A DNA stretch of 63,966 nucleotides, counting the filler, from Olpidium bornovanus S191 (lineage: Eukaryota; Fungi; Olpidiomycota), in assembly GCA_017911155.1 (NCBI GenBank). It is 28 parts of 28 records of this genome, joined end to end, with 100 filler letters (N's around TTAATTAATTAA, not from the genome) between each part and the next. Parts side by side here need not be neighbours in the genome. Positions count along the whole stretch, not along the records: positions 61,907 to 63,966 come from JAEFCI010012792.1; 27 more parts are not named here. One strand, written 5' to 3'. Made by a program: the position numbers and the translations under genes. The notes beneath the pieces were generated by a model. It worked only from the letters and a program-made list of their open reading frames with translations, did no database searches and was not told the origin of the DNA. Below are positions 62,251 through 63,966 of the stretch, piece after piece (the stretch's first letter is position 1; each line of letters begins with the position of its first letter).

Positions 62251-63483
62251 GTGCGAGCCGGTTGCCACCGTGCGCGGCGTAAAGATTTTTGACTTGGACT
62301 GACCGGACTTGGTTGCCTTTTGAGTCATAATGAGTATTGAAGACGCCTTTCAAATGAGCCTAGATCCGCCTGGATCCGGTGTTCCTGTGAGGAGCAATGA
62401 GGGTGCAATGCCAGTATCCACGTTACGAGAAACAGTATTGAACATGTGCAATGTGCGCAACGCATAGGTAAGTGTACTTCCTTCCTTCCTTCCTTCCTTG
62501 AAGACGCCAAAAATTCAGGGTTTTCTGCGAACCGCCGCACTTTGCAACGTCGCGCAATAGGAGCCTGTTGCAGTCACGTGCCGCGTAAACATGATTTGAC
62601 AACGGACGCTTGGATCTCAGTGAGGAGTAACCGGGTTACAGATGATTCTGTAGCTTCTGTTGAGGCCTTTCAACGAGCCCACCGACGGCTTGGTTCGGTG
62701 TTCCTGTTAGGGCCAGCAAGGGTCCAAAATCAGCGTCCATGTTAGCGAAAAACAGAATGGCGAGCAGTTGCCAAGAGTTGCCCGCGCAACTCTTGAGACG
62801 CGGGCTTCTTTGCCGGGCTTTCCCTGGGTCGACTGGGTGGCGCTGGTGCCTGTCAGGCCGGGCGGCGTCGGCTCCCTAAGAAACTCGCCGCTCGCAGCGG
62901 GCGAGGGAGGGCGAAAGGAGAAGGGTTACTGACGAAGAGGCGGAGGGGCGGTGTTCGGCGACCGGCAAGATGGCGGCCGCACGTTCCCGTTGCCGCGGGC
63001 CTCGCTCCTTTCCAAGGATCGAGAAAGCCTTTCCCGTTCCGCTGCCCGCAAAAGCGCCCAACGCGTCGTTCGCGCGCGCCACCACGGCTGCGTTGTGCGG
63101 CCTCGGCTGGACACGCGCACACGCACACCCGCCCCCCCCTCCGGCTCCCCTCCCCCTCGCCCGACCTGATCAAGTCGCGGCCTTCTTCTCCTCCTGTGCT
63201 CGCGGCGCACTGGTGTCGACGGGCAAGACGTAGCTCTGGCGGATCAACAAACAGCTTGCGACGCCGAGAGAGGCCTCCATCGCGGCGGGTGTCGTCACGT
63301 GAGAACGGTGAACGCTCGGTCAATAGGCCGCCTGGGAGCGCGGAACGTGCGACCTACGGATTTCCATTCGTCGTCTTCGGGTGCGCTAACCCGGAATCGT
63401 CCCCGCCACTCCGCCGGGGGGCGCCCCGACCATCTCTAGCACTGCATATTCCTTCCGCGTTCGAGGCATTGGTCCTTACAGGA

Positions 63484-63966
63484 ATGGAGGAAGGCGGCTG
63501 CTTCGAATGGATATCTGAGCTTGTCGGACGAGACGAGCTGCTTACTGTGAATGATCTGCGCGACGGATTCATTCTCTTGCAGGTCAGCGGCGCGTGCGCG
63601 CGTGCGGTCAACTCCGTAAAACGGCCGGGTCCTGCGCGAATTTGTTGGCTGACGCAAAATGTGCCGTGTCTCATTCAGGTGATGTCAATAATTGAACCGG
63701 AAGCTGTGGATTGGAGTCCCCTTGAGGCGGAGACGATCAGCGCACTCCCTGGCGACGACGCGCGGTGTCGCAATTTCGCGGCGCTGAAGAGAGCAGCCGA
63801 ATACGGGAAGGGTATGCGTTGGGCGCCCCAATAAGTCGCGCAGTTCATGAGCAAATTTGTCCACCTTGGCTCAATGAGTCCGTCCTCTATCAAAGCCAGC
63901 GATGTCACGATCGACGCTGTGACCGCGGCGGAGGAAAGGGGTGACAGGGAGGCATTTACCTGTCTA
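63484..63966 (+). CDS. N-terminal calponin-homology (HOOK-like) domain protein, partial
   Basis: MEEGGCFEWISELV...VNDLRDGFILLQ|VMSIIEPEAV...RCRNFAALKRAAEY, with GT-AG introns. The DLxDG(x)xLxQ motif is seen in CH/HOOK domains. Confidence 0.7.

Overview
This is eukaryotic, intron-rich, GC-rich DNA. It is not one locus: 28 short contigs (about 1-5 kb) are joined by 27 artificial 100-nt spacers (N-run + TTAATTAATTAA + N-run), so genes on different contigs are not neighbours. Gene content points to an early-diverging, probably zoosporic (flagellated) fungus. Olpidium is my guess and is not shown by the sequence. Recognisable, mostly partial, spliced genes: PMCA/Pmc1 Ca2+-ATPase, NOT3/5, 14-3-3, ABC1/UbiB kinase (Cqd1/ADCK2 type), a myristoylated LRR protein, CWC27, a Pho80/PCL-type cyclin, an alpha/beta-hydrolase + DUSP11-like phosphatase, a tandem-CH actin-binding protein, a cytochrome b5-fused delta-6 desaturase, a CDKL-like kinase start, RPC37/POLR3E, WASP with CRIB, AIM41/Yqey, a C2H2 transcription factor and a HOOK-like CH protein. 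There are also decayed copia, pogo/Tigger and gag-like relics and many micro/minisatellites. I saw no rRNA, tRNA or CRISPR array. Main leads: (1) 22 of 54 gap-flanking contig ends stop at or within 3 nt of CATG; (2) an intronless stand-alone AbfB/CBM42-like beta-trefoil ORF; (3) a ~90-aa P-domain insertion and a calmodulin-site-like tail in the Ca2+ pump; (4) a cyclin lacking the conserved CDK-contact Lys/Glu; (5) CDKL and CRIB-WASP as ancestral or flagellate traits. No multi-gene novel system can be supported, because linkage is destroyed by the concatenation. All family assignments come from motif recognition by eye, not from database searches.
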